Of a stretch of DNA of 64,000 nucleotides, positions 48,026 through 60,325 are shown one piece after another. Each line of letters opens with the position of its first letter. Positions within the stretch are counted from its first letter, which is position 1. The stretch is from Proteobacteria bacterium UBA3413 (GTDB lineage Bacteria > Pseudomonadota > Gammaproteobacteria > Magnimaribacterales > D2472). A program made the position numbers and the translations under genes. The stretch covers positions 36,305-100,304 of the forward strand of contig DEOR01000065.1 in the NCBI GenBank assembly GCA_002358345.1, given 5' to 3'. A model generated the notes under the pieces. It was not told the DNA's origin and made no database searches. It was given only the letters and a program-made list of their open reading frames with translations.

Positions 48026-50842
48026 ATGAGTGTTACAGAAGGGGACCAATCTACCATAGAGACACCAGGCGCCCAAGGTTCATACCTTGAGTCTTTGTAT
48101 GAGCTTTACCTTCAGGATCACACCTCAGTGCCGGATGATTGGAGGTTCTATTTTGACTCTTTGCCAGTCATTCAACAAGACCACCCCGAGATCTCTCACA
48201 AAGAAGCTATCTCTAGAATTACAAATAAGCAGATTAACGCTCCTTTAAAGTCACCTCAACTAGCTCCGGGACAGCCGCATGATAAACAGGTAAAGGTGAT
48301 TCAGTTAATTCAAGCCTATAGGAATCGTGGGCATCAAAAAGCAAATTTAGATCCATTGGGTTTGAAACCAATTAGGCATTCTGACAATCTTGAGCTTGCC
48401 TTTCACCAACTGGACAACACCAATCTCAATGATCTTTTTGATACTGATACCTTGCAAATTAATAAGGACTCAGCGTCGTTAGGTGAGATCATAGAGTCAC
48501 TGGAGAAAATTTACTGCGGAACCCTTGGCATTGAATATAACTATATTGCTAACATACATGAGCGCACTTGGTTCCAACAGAGATTAGAGCCAAACTTAGG
48601 AAATCTTCACTTTAGCTCAGAAGAAAAGAAATATATTTTGAAGCGACTAAGTTCTGCAGAGGGCCTAGCAAAATTCTTGGCGTCCAGATACCCAGGCATG
48701 AAAAGATTCGGCATTGATGGTGCCGAATCACTGATCCCGCTGGTTGATAGCTTAATTCAAAACTGTGGTATTTTTGGAGCTGAGCAGATTTGTTTTGGCA
48801 TGGCTCATCGCGGACGATTAAATTTATTGGTTAATGTTCTCGGTAAATCTCCTAAAGATTTATTTAGCGCATTTGAGGAAGATTTTGAGTTAGAGGGCGC
48901 CCACACTGGCGATGTGAAGTATCATTTAGGCTTCTCATCAAATATTTTAACCCCTAATGGGGAAGTCCATGTATCGCTGACAAACAACCCATCGCATCTA
49001 GAGATTGTAGACCCAGTGGTTGTGGGTTCAGTGCGGGGCAGGCAAGATCGATTAAAAGATACTGAACAAAAACTAGTGGTTCCCATTCTTATTCATGGCG
49101 ATGCTTCGTTTTCTGGCCAAGGGGTGGTCATGGAAACATTACAAATGTCTCAAACCAGAGGGTATGGCGTTGGAGGAACTATTCACGTGATTGTTAACAA
49201 TCAAATTGGGTTTACCACCTCCAACGAGGAAGATGCGCGCTCAACTCAATATGCAACTGATGTTGCAAAAATGATTGAGGCCCCAATTTTGCATGTCAAT
49301 GGAGATGATCCAGAAATGGTTGTCTTTGCTGCAAAGCTTGCTTGTGAATACAGGCATAATTTTAAAAAGGATATCGTGATTGATATGTTTTGTTTTCGAA
49401 GACGAGGTCACAATGAAGCGGACGAACCCTCTGCAACTCAACCCCTTATGTATCAGAAAATTGCTACCCATCCGTCAGTTAAGAGCTCCTATGAAGTATC
49501 TTTAGTTGACAGTGGCGTCATCACTGAGAGCGAATGCAAGGAGATTGAAAAAAAATATAGGACTTCCTTAGAGGAGGGCCAATCAGTTGCGCACAATCTT
49601 GCAACCAAGCCCAATGCATCCATGTGGTTTGATTGGACCCCATACATAAACCAAACTGGTGACCAGGTCATTGATGCATCATTTGGCTTAAAGAGATTCA
49701 AAGAGCTCGCTCAGATCATTTTTACACCGCCTGAAGATTTTGTATTGCAAAAGCAGGTAGAAAAATTATTTATCGATCGTTTGAGCATGATTGGGGGTGA
49801 AACCCCTGTGAATTGGGGTTTTGCAGAGAACATGGCTTATGCGACTCTCTTAGATCAAGGCTACCCTATTCGTTTTACCGGTCAAGATGTTCGTCGTGGC
49901 ACCTTCTCTCATAGACATGCCGTTATTCACAATCAAACCGATGGTGTTGAGTACATGCCTCTGGTAGAAGTTGCCGATAAAGCCGGCACAACTATAGATA
50001 TCTATGATTCTCTTTTGTCCGAAGAAGCTGTTTTAGGTTTTGAATACGGGTATTCTGCAACACGACCATCTGGTCTAGTCATTTGGGAAGCTCAATTTGG
50101 TGATTTTGTAAACGGAGCGCAAGTAGTCATTGATCAATTTATCGTCTCTGCGGAACACAAATGGGAAAGACTCTCTGGTTTGGTGATGTTGTTGCCACAT
50201 GGCTATGAGGGTCAAGGCCCTGAACACAGCAGCGCACGAATCGAAAGGTTCTTGCAACTGTGTGCAGATGAAAATATTCAAGTGTGCGTGCCCAGCACCC
50301 CCGCTCAGATCTACCACTTGCTAAGGCTGCAAACCATTAGAAATATGAGGCGTCCCCTGATTGTTATTTCTCCCAAGAGTCTTCTAAGAAATCCCAAAGC
50401 AGTCTCTACAATCAAAGACTTAACAAATGGCTCGTTTCAGTATGTAATCGATGATGCTGATGCTCAGCCCGAGAAAGTTAAAAAGATCATCATGTGCTCA
50501 GGTAAAGTTTTTTATGACCTTGATCACAAACGTCAGGAGTTAGGCATTGAAGATGTAGCCTTGATTAGGGTGGAGCAGCTGTACCCATTTCCATACGATA
50601 CTTTGCAAGTGGTCTTGGAGACATACCCACAAGCCAAAGATTTTGTGTGGTGCCAAGAAGAGCCGAGCAACCAAGGGGCTTGGTTTAGCCATCGACACAG
50701 ACTTCAAATTGTCCTTGATCGCATTGATGGGCCGCAGATTAGATTGGTCAGCCGCAAAGCCTCGGCAGCACCCTCGGTTGGCCTAAACAAATTACACCTT
50801 CAACAACAAGAAGCTTTGGTCAATGAAGCTTTAACATCATAG
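48026..50842 (+). CDS. sucA: 2-oxoglutarate dehydrogenase E1 component
   Basis: 938 aa with E1o motifs (IQAYRNRGH, GMAHRGRLNLL, HGDASFSGQG, LPHGYEGQGPEHSS). Confidence 0.97.
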   Translation: MSVTEGDQSTIETPGAQGSYLESLYELYLQDHTSVPDDWRFYFDSLPVIQQDHPEISHKEAISRITNKQINAPLKSPQLAPGQPHDKQVKVIQLIQAYRNRGHQKANLDPLGLKPIRHSDNLELAFHQLDNTNLNDLFDTDTLQINKDSASLGEIIESLEKIYCGTLGIEYNYIANIHERTWFQQRLEPNLGNLHFSSEEKKYILKRLSSAEGLAKFLASRYPGMKRFGIDGAESLIPLVDSLIQNCGIFGAEQICFGMAHRGRLNLLVNVLGKSPKDLFSAFEEDFELEGAHTGDVKYHLGFSSNILTPNGEVHVSLTNNPSHLEIVDPVVVGSVRGRQDRLKDTEQKLVVPILIHGDASFSGQGVVMETLQMSQTRGYGVGGTIHVIVNNQIGFTTSNEEDARSTQYATDVAKMIEAPILHVNGDDPEMVVFAAKLACEYRHNFKKDIVIDMFCFRRRGHNEADEPSATQPLMYQKIATHPSVKSSYEVSLVDSGVITESECKEIEKKYRTSLEEGQSVAHNLATKPNASMWFDWTPYINQTGDQVIDASFGLKRFKELAQIIFTPPEDFVLQKQVEKLFIDRLSMIGGETPVNWGFAENMAYATLLDQGYPIRFTGQDVRRGTFSHRHAVIHNQTDGVEYMPLVEVADKAGTTIDIYDSLLSEEAVLGFEYGYSATRPSGLVIWEAQFGDFVNGAQVVIDQFIVSAEHKWERLSGLVMLLPHGYEGQGPEHSSARIERFLQLCADENIQVCVPSTPAQIYHLLRLQTIRNMRRPLIVISPKSLLRNPKAVSTIKDLTNGSFQYVIDDADAQPEKVKKIIMCSGKVFYDLDHKRQELGIEDVALIRVEQLYPFPYDTLQVVLETYPQAKDFVWCQEEPSNQGAWFSHRHRLQIVLDRIDGPQIRLVSRKASAAPSVGLNKLHLQQQEALVNEALTS

Positions 50843-50851
50843 AGAGATATT

Positions 50852-52078
50852 ATGACGACAGAAATTAAATCACCAACCTTTCCAGAATCAGTTGCTGATG
50901 GCACCATTGCTAACTGGGTTAAGCAAGAAGGAGAGCCGGTAAAGCAAGATGAAGTCATAGCTGAAATAGAAACCGATAAAGTGGTGTTAGAAGTGGTTGC
51001 ACCTTTTGATGGAACCATAGTAAAAATTCTTAAGCCTGCAGGTGAGGTGGTTCAAAGTGCGGAATTGATTGCTCAATTCGAGCAGCAAACGGCTCAGCAA
51101 GAACCAGTCAATGAAACCAAAGAGCCAAATAAACCAGCAGAGGTTACAGTGGAAAGCACGCCTGTTAGCTCCTCTTCAGACGCTAAGGAGAATGGCCCAG
51201 CCACTAAAAAATTACTCAAAGAGCACAATCTTAAGGCCGAAGAGGTCAGCGGCTCCGGAAAGGATGGAAGAATTACTAAGGCCGATGTGGTGAATCATTT
51301 AGAAGATACTGCGCCACCATCACCAGCCCCAGCAACACAGAGTACCCAGGCAGCGGCCAAGACTTCAGCACCTTCAGGGAGACACGAAGAGCGCGTTCCC
51401 ATGTCTAGATTACGCTCTACTATAGCCAAAAGATTGCTTGCTGTTAAGCAGGAGACAGCTATGCTCACCACCTTTAACGAGGTGAATCTTCAGCCCATCA
51501 AGGATCTAAGAGCAAAATTTGGTAAAGATTTTGAGGCTGAGCATGGAGTCAAACTTGGGTTTATGGGTTTCTTTGTTTTAGCGGCGGTTCATGCCTTGAA
51601 AAAATTTCCAGTTGTTAATGCATCCATCGATGGAAGTGACATTGTCTACCACGGCTATCAAGACGTAGGGGTTGCTGTTTCAACAGACAGAGGCTTGGTT
51701 GTCCCTGTTATTCGGGACGCAGACAATCTAGGGCTAGCCGATGTGGAGAAATCTATTTTGGATTACTCGATCAAAGCAAAAGATGGAAAATTATCCATGG
51801 CTGATATGGAGGGAGGCACTTTTACTATTTCTAATGGCGGCGTATTCGGCTCTTTATTATCCACGCCTATTTTGAATGCGCCGCAAACAGCAATTCTAGG
51901 CATGCACACGATTCAAGACAGACCCATCGCCCTTAATGGCGAGGTTGTGATTCGACCTATGATGTACTTAGCAATGAGCTATGACCACAGATTGCTAGAT
52001 GGAAAAGAAGCGGTAGCATTTCTAATAGCTATCAAGGATCAACTCGAGTCTCCAGAAAAACTATTACTTAATATATGA
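50852..52078 (+). CDS. sucB: dihydrolipoyllysine succinyltransferase E2 component
   Basis: 408 aa with a lipoyl domain ([11 protein letters not shown]), a PSBD ([13 protein letters not shown]) and the catalytic motif SYDHRLLDG. Confidence 0.96.
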   Translation: MTTEIKSPTFPESVADGTIANWVKQEGEPVKQDEVIAEIETDKVVLEVVAPFDGTIVKILKPAGEVVQSAELIAQFEQQTAQQEPVNETKEPNKPAEVTVESTPVSSSSDAKENGPATKKLLKEHNLKAEEVSGSGKDGRITKADVVNHLEDTAPPSPAPATQSTQAAAKTSAPSGRHEERVPMSRLRSTIAKRLLAVKQETAMLTTFNEVNLQPIKDLRAKFGKDFEAEHGVKLGFMGFFVLAAVHALKKFPVVNASIDGSDIVYHGYQDVGVAVSTDRGLVVPVIRDADNLGLADVEKSILDYSIKAKDGKLSMADMEGGTFTISNGGVFGSLLSTPILNAPQTAILGMHTIQDRPIALNGEVVIRPMMYLAMSYDHRLLDGKEAVAFLIAIKDQLESPEKLLLNI

Positions 52079-52084
52079 AGGTGA

Positions 52085-54662
<2,578 letters not shown>

Positions 54663-54666
<4 letters not shown>

Positions 54667-55532
54667 GTATATTAGTTAATAAAGATACACGTCTTTTGGT
54701 TCAAGGCTTTACTGGCTCTCAGGCTACCTTGCATTCAGAGCAATCCATTGAGTATGGAACTAATATTGTGGGCGGAGTGACTCCTGGAAAAGGCGGTCAA
54801 ACTCACTTAGGCGCACCAGTTTTTAATTCTGTGCATGATGCCATGGAAGCTGTGCGGCCCAATGCATCCATTATTTTTGTTCCGGCTCCCTTTTGCAAAG
54901 ACTCTATTCTAGAGGCGGCGGATGCGGGCATTAAATTAATTATCTGTATCACCGAAGGGGTTCCAACGCTTGATATGTTGGTGGTTAAAAAGCGAATAGA
55001 TGAGCTTGGAATTCAATTAATTGGACCTAATTGCCCAGGCGTTATTACCCCGGGCGAAGCCAAGCTCGGCATTATGCCAGGCAGCATCCATCTTCCGGGT
55101 TCTGTGGGGATCATTTCCAGATCGGGCACTTTAACCTATGAGGCTGTCAAACAAACAACCGATTTAGGTCTGGGACAAAGTACCTGTGTTGGCATTGGGG
55201 GCGACCCAATTCCCGGGACATCCTTTATTGATGTTTTAAAGCTCTTTGAAGCAGATGATCAGACAACGGCTATCGTCATGGTTGGGGAGATTGGAGGCAC
55301 CGCCGAGGAAGAGGCGGCCGAATACATCAGGGACCATGTGACCAAGCCAGTGATTTCATACATCGCAGGGCAAACAGCTCCGGCTGGAAAGAGAATGGGG
55401 CATGCTGGTGCAATTATTGCAGGTGGCAAGGGGACTGCAGCTGATAAGATCAAAAAACTTCAAGAATGTGGAGTTCATATTGCAGAAAATTTACTGCAGA
55501 TTGGTGCTAAGGTGAAAGAGGTTTTAGGTTAG
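54663..55532 (+). CDS. sucD: succinyl-CoA synthetase alpha subunit
   Basis: 289 aa with [19 protein letters not shown] and the phospho-His region GHAGAII. Confidence 0.97.
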
Positions 55533-56916
55533 CCTTAAGAATAAATTTTTTACTGGTGTATCTTAGCCTTGGCAGAATCAGTGCTGAGAAGGTGACCAGA
55601 CCTGTAATCATTCCTATCCAAATGCCAGGGGGCCCAAGGGCATTTCCTAGAATTCCATAGTAAGTCAACACATACCCAACCGGTAAAGCGAGAAACCAAT
55701 AGGTCACGATGAGCATCAGCATGGGTGCAAAGGTATCTTTGTAGCCTCGCAAGCTTCCCAGCGCGCCCATTTGTAAGCCGTCTGGAATCTGAAAAATAGC
55801 AGCAAACAACAAAAGATTAACGGCGATGGCTATGACATCAGCATCGCCTGAATACAAGCCTACTAAACTCTCCCTGAGCAACAAGATACACAAGGTATTG
55901 AAGCAGGCACCAGCAAAACAGACCACGACAGTGACATAAGCTGCATATTGAGCTTGAGTGGGATCTGCTTCGCCTACAAGATTCCCTACGCGTGTTGCCG
56001 CTGCCAGCCCAATGGATAAAGGCAGCATAAAAAAGACGCTGGCAATATTAATGGCGACGGTATGAGCCCCAACCACAGATGCTCCCAGAGAGCCAATAAT
56101 GAGAGCGGCCCCAGAGAACATGCTTAATTCCACAAAGAGACCAAACCCAATAGGAAAACCAAGTTTCACTGCTTCGAGAGTTGTTTGCTTGTTAGGTTTA
56201 GAGAACTTAGAAAACAATTTGGTTGGCGCATATGCTTTCTTCTTTAAGATCACTAAAATGAGAACCAGCATACCGACAACGACATTAATAGAGGTGGCAA
56301 TACCGCATCCGACGCCGCCCATGGGTGGAATTCCAAAGTATCCATAGACAAAAATAATATCTAAGGGGATGTTGAGCACCATGCCAATGAAGGCGATCCA
56401 AAATACGGGCAAGGTTAATCCCATGCCTTCGCTATAACAACGCAGGCAAGTAAAGATCATGTTGGCAAAGAAACCGTAGGACATAGCTTTGAGGTAGCCA
56501 TCAGAGATGACAGCAATATTGGGGTCAATATCAAAGAAAGGGATGAAAAAACTTAAATTTCTATAAGCAAAAAAACCAATGACACCTATCACCAGACTTA
56601 ACCACAATATTTGTCTAATTTTCTCGCCAATTTCTTCGTATTTTCTTGCTCCAAACAACTGAGCAACAATGGGTGTGACCGCAAAGAGGCAGCCACCAAA
56701 AAGAAAATAGATGGGCATAGTAAGAGCATTTCCAATGGCCAAGCCCGATAAGTCTAAGGCACTGGCTTGCCCTGCAATAATGGTATCTGTGACGCCCATG
56801 CCCATGTAGGATATCTGGGAGCCAAAAATAGGAATGCCTATCTTTAGAAGTTGCCTTAATTCTTTTATTAGTTTTTTCAAAAAAATGAGCCCAGAAATTT
56901 CTCGGTACTTTATCAT
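55507..56916 (-). CDS. MATE family multidrug efflux transporter (NorM-like)
   Basis: 469 aa with about 12 TM segments. The N-terminal pattern [27 protein letters not shown] is typical of NorM/MATE. Its 3' end overlaps the sucD 3' end by 26 nt (convergent). Confidence 0.88.
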   Translation of the reverse strand: MIKYREISGLIFLKKLIKELRQLLKIGIPIFGSQISYMGMGVTDTIIAGQASALDLSGLAIGNALTMPIYFLFGGCLFAVTPIVAQLFGARKYEEIGEKIRQILWLSLVIGVIGFFAYRNLSFFIPFFDIDPNIAVISDGYLKAMSYGFFANMIFTCLRCYSEGMGLTLPVFWIAFIGMVLNIPLDIIFVYGYFGIPPMGGVGCGIATSINVVVGMLVLILVILKKKAYAPTKLFSKFSKPNKQTTLEAVKLGFPIGFGLFVELSMFSGAALIIGSLGASVVGAHTVAINIASVFFMLPLSIGLAAATRVGNLVGEADPTQAQYAAYVTVVVCFAGACFNTLCILLLRESLVGLYSGDADVIAIAVNLLLFAAIFQIPDGLQMGALGSLRGYKDTFAPMLMLIVTYWFLALPVGYVLTYYGILGNALGPPGIWIGMITGLVTFSALILPRLRYTSKKFILKANLKPLSP

Positions 56917-56995
56917 ACAAGAACTGATTTATCGTTGGAGAAGAAAAATTAGACAAGACAATCGGCCCTATTGGCTTAAAAAGATACTATCGAAA

Positions 56996-57667
56996 ATGAC
57001 TGCGAGATATGCTACTCGTTTTGTAAAACCTCAGTTCAAACATTTGGGCAAGGGCTCTGTCTTTTTTAAGCCACAATACATGAAATTATTTGGCTCCAAT
57101 ATTAGCGTTGGAGATTTTGCTACCTTCATTGCTGCCCCCGATGACTATATACAAATGACTGGCTGGGATGCTGGAGATTGGGCGGGAGAAATTAACATAG
57201 GACATTATGTCCTGATTTCACCGGGCGTAAGAATTATGGCCGCCCTGAAGGTTTCAATTGATGATGCCTGCATGTTTGGTCACGGTGCATGCATCACCGA
57301 TGCGGATTGGCATGGTATTTATGATCGAACCAAGGTGGTGGGTGAACCCAAGCCTGTCATGTTAGAAAAAAATGTTTGGGTTGGTGAGGATGCCATGATA
57401 TGCAAAGGCGTCACCATCGGTGAGAACAGCATCATAGGTGCAAGATCAGTGGTGACCAGGGATGTACCAGCTAATTGTATTTATGCCGGGAATCCAGCCT
57501 CGTTTATCCGCAATTTAGACGAGGGTGAGTTTATTACCAGGAAAGATTTCTTTAAAGATCCTGCTAAATTGGCCCATGATTTTGATTTATTAGACAGGCA
57601 CATCTTGGGTAAGAACACCTTGTGGAGCTGGATTAAAAGTATCATCTGGAGAGATAAGACCCATTGA
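56996..57667 (+). CDS. left-handed beta-helix (hexapeptide-repeat) acyltransferase
   Basis: About 223 aa from ATG 56996. The ORF-track start at 56834 and ATG 56885 would overlap the divergent MATE gene. Hexapeptide repeats are present (VWVGEDAMICKGVTIGENSIIGARSVV). Confidence 0.75.
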   Translation: MTARYATRFVKPQFKHLGKGSVFFKPQYMKLFGSNISVGDFATFIAAPDDYIQMTGWDAGDWAGEINIGHYVLISPGVRIMAALKVSIDDACMFGHGACITDADWHGIYDRTKVVGEPKPVMLEKNVWVGEDAMICKGVTIGENSIIGARSVVTRDVPANCIYAGNPASFIRNLDEGEFITRKDFFKDPAKLAHDFDLLDRHILGKNTLWSWIKSIIWRDKTH

Positions 57668-58785
57668 TCAAGATAGCTGCAGATTCACACATTCCAAACC
57701 TCGAACAAGATTTAGCAGAGTTCTTTGGCGCTGAGCACTCATTGCAATATTTTGAGTCCGATCAACTCAGGCCTAACGATCTCAAAGACGTGGATGCATT
57801 ATTGGTGCGCTCAACCCTGCGGGTTGATGCAGAGTTATTTGAAGGCTCTCAAATCAAGTATGTGGGCTCAGCGACTGCAGGAATGAATCACTTAGACACG
57901 CAATCTTTAAACGATCACAACATTGCTTGGTCACATGCTCCTGGTTGCAATGCCTGGAGCGTTACGCACTATGTGATGGCGGTCTTAGGAGAGCTGATTC
58001 AAGAAGGCCTCTTTAATGTTAGGCAGAGCATTGGGATTATCGGTTATGGCAACATTGGCAAAAGGCTGTATCAACTTCTCTCGGCCCTCAATATAGAGGT
58101 TTATGCATGCGATCCTTTCTTAAAAGACTCTCAATTGGTTGATCTGGAGCAAATCTTGGCATGCGATCTGATAACCATTCATGTTCCATACTCCACCGCA
58201 GGGGCCCATCCAACCAGAGAGATGATCAATCAGTCCCATGAGCAAGCTTTGAAAGATAAAATTTTGATTAACACCTCAAGGGGAGGGGTGGTGTCTGAAG
58301 AATTAGTCGTGGCATCGGAAGACTTAATTTATATTGCCGATGTTTGGATGGATGAGCCTACGCCATCTCGAGCTGTTATACAAAAAGCTTTTATTGCAAC
58401 TCCACACATTGCTGGCTACAGCATCGAAGGAAAGTTGAATGGCACCACTATGGTAGTCAAAGAATGCGCAAGAGTGTTTAAGTGCCTGAAAGACTCCAGT
58501 CAAGCACACAAGCCACTGCTCGATTGGCCTGATGGTTTAGAAAATATTGTTAGAGACATGCATGGCCATGGCTTTCCTATAACGCTATTTAATAGCGAGC
58601 TAGAGTTACGATCAATTTCGAATGCATTCAAAGCACTGCAGTTAGATCAATTAGCCGCTAGATTCAAAGATTTAAGAGCCAATCATCCTTCTCGCCATGA
58701 TTTCAATGCTTACTCCTTTGAAGGAATTATTGATTTAGACGAATCCCTAAACCTGAATGTCTTTCATGCTCTCAAAGAGCTGTAA
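57664..58785 (+). CDS. pdxB: erythronate-4-phosphate dehydrogenase
   Basis: 373 aa with a TTG start overlapping the upstream TGA. N-terminus MIKIAADSHIP, NAD motif GIIGYGNIGKRL, and PGCNA and TPHIAGYS motifs as in PdxB. Confidence 0.88.
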   Translation: MIKIAADSHIPNLEQDLAEFFGAEHSLQYFESDQLRPNDLKDVDALLVRSTLRVDAELFEGSQIKYVGSATAGMNHLDTQSLNDHNIAWSHAPGCNAWSVTHYVMAVLGELIQEGLFNVRQSIGIIGYGNIGKRLYQLLSALNIEVYACDPFLKDSQLVDLEQILACDLITIHVPYSTAGAHPTREMINQSHEQALKDKILINTSRGGVVSEELVVASEDLIYIADVWMDEPTPSRAVIQKAFIATPHIAGYSIEGKLNGTTMVVKECARVFKCLKDSSQAHKPLLDWPDGLENIVRDMHGHGFPITLFNSELELRSISNAFKALQLDQLAARFKDLRANHPSRHDFNAYSFEGIIDLDESLNLNVFHALKEL

Positions 58786-58789
58786 ATTT

Positions 58790-58882
58790 TTAGATGAAAG
58801 GAACTAAGGGTATGTTGCAACTAGCAACTAACACTAGAACAGAAAGCATGCCAACAAATTTCAAGAGTTTTAATTTTTTCAT
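58790..58882 (-). CDS. candidate 30-aa small lipoprotein (below the ORF-track cutoff)
   Basis: Hand translation of the minus strand gives ATG...TAA = MKKLKLLKFVGMLSVLVLVASCNIPLVPFI. It has a basic n-region, a hydrophobic core and the lipobox LVASC. It starts 18 nt after the selO stop on the same strand. Its stop lies 4 nt from the convergent pdxB stop, so it fills an otherwise anomalous 115-nt gap. Confidence 0.45.
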   Translation of the reverse strand: MKKLKLLKFVGMLSVLVLVASCNIPLVPFI

Positions 58883-58900
58883 AGTTGCATTATTCCACAC

Positions 58901-60325
58901 CTAGGATGAACAAGAAATCTCTAAATCTTTTGCCCAAGCTGGAGATTTATCAGCAAATTTTTGATGCTCCTCATGCTCTTCAAAAGGTTTGGTCAGAACA
59001 GTTATTAAAGTTTCTAGCTTAGAGAAATCAGAGTCTTCTGCCGCATCAATAACCTCTTGGGCCATGTAGTTTCTTAGAATAAATTTTGGGTTGGCTTGAT
59101 TCATCAGAGTCACTGTTTTCTCTGCAGATAAGACTTCTTTTGCATGCCTGCTCTGGAAAGAGACGATCCAACTTTTTGCAATCTCTGAATTCAGCTCTGA
59201 GGTTATTGGTTTAGCAAGTGCTTGGGTGAGATTCCTAAACGTATTGGTGTAATCCAGTTTTTCGGATTTCATAATATCCAAGAGCCCTTGAATCAAGACA
59301 GCATCTTCAGATTGCGTGTGCTCCAGTCCTAATTTTTTTCTATAAAGCTCTGCCAGAGTATGTTGAAAGGTTGCCTCATAGGTTTGTAGAATCTCGCCTT
59401 GGCTCTCTTCCGAGATGAGTGAGGAGAGGGCATGACCGAGGGCTGAACAATTCCACAGACCTATGTAAGGTTGGTTTTTGTATGCGTACCTGCCTTGATG
59501 ATCGGAGTGATTGCACACATAGGCTGGATCATAGTCTTCCATGAAGCCATAAGGCCCATAATCAAAGGTCTCCCCTAAAATGCTCATGTTGTCGGTGTTC
59601 ATGACCCCATGATTAAAGCCACAGGCTTGCCATTGAGCAATCATGCTTGCTGTTCGCTCTACCACCACCTTAAAAAAATCTTCATATGGTTTGGGTGTTT
59701 TAGCAAAATAAGCAGGGTATTGATCAATGCAAAAGTCCGCCAAGGCTTTCACATTTTCCGGCTGATTGTTGTAATGAAAATATTCAAAGCTCCCAAATCT
59801 AATGTGGGTTTTAGCGGTTCTAGCGAGCATGGCCGCTGATTCACTTTTTTCTCTGTACACCATTTCGTTGCTCCCAACAATCATGAGGGCTCTGGAGGTT
59901 GGAATGGAGAGAGCGTGCATGGCCTCTCCACACACATACTCCCTAATGACTGAGCGCAGAACTGCTCGGCCATCCCCAAACCTAGAGTAGGGCGTTTTAC
60001 CCGCGCCTTTTAAATGGAGATCTACCGCACCATCTGCGGAGTCCATCTGCCCCAGCAATAACCCCCTACCATCACCAAGTTGCTCAACGTATTGACCGAA
60101 TTGATGGCCCGAATAGACCATGGATAAGGGTTTTAATGATTGGAGGATTTCAGTGCCATTGAAGATCTTCATAAGCTCTTGCCCATCGACCTCCTGAATG
60201 CCTAGTTCTTGTTTCAGAGAGAGATTTTCAAATGCAACAAAAGGATGCTCAAAGCTTTCCCAGGCTTGGCGGTTGTAAAATGCTTTAGGAAGCTCAGCAA
60301 AAGCATGAGGCAATAGAGGTAACAT
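58901..60325 (-). CDS. selO: protein adenylyltransferase SelO (YdiU/UPF0061)
   Basis: 474 aa with pseudokinase-fold SelO motifs (YSGHQFG, GDGRA, LKGAGKTPYSR, GVMNTDNMS). Confidence 0.9.
   Translation of the reverse strand: MLPLLPHAFAELPKAFYNRQAWESFEHPFVAFENLSLKQELGIQEVDGQELMKIFNGTEILQSLKPLSMVYSGHQFGQYVEQLGDGRGLLLGQMDSADGAVDLHLKGAGKTPYSRFGDGRAVLRSVIREYVCGEAMHALSIPTSRALMIVGSNEMVYREKSESAAMLARTAKTHIRFGSFEYFHYNNQPENVKALADFCIDQYPAYFAKTPKPYEDFFKVVVERTASMIAQWQACGFNHGVMNTDNMSILGETFDYGPYGFMEDYDPAYVCNHSDHQGRYAYKNQPYIGLWNCSALGHALSSLISEESQGEILQTYEATFQHTLAELYRKKLGLEHTQSEDAVLIQGLLDIMKSEKLDYTNTFRNLTQALAKPITSELNSEIAKSWIVSFQSRHAKEVLSAEKTVTLMNQANPKFILRNYMAQEVIDAAEDSDFSKLETLITVLTKPFEEHEEHQKFADKSPAWAKDLEISCSS

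Noticed and set aside
56834-56995. ORF-track start of the LbH acyltransferase at 56834, which would overlap the divergent MATE gene start by 83 nt.
   Set aside because: Divergent overlap of two 5' ends is implausible. ATG 56996 (or possibly 56885) gives a normal-length protein. The start remains uncertain.
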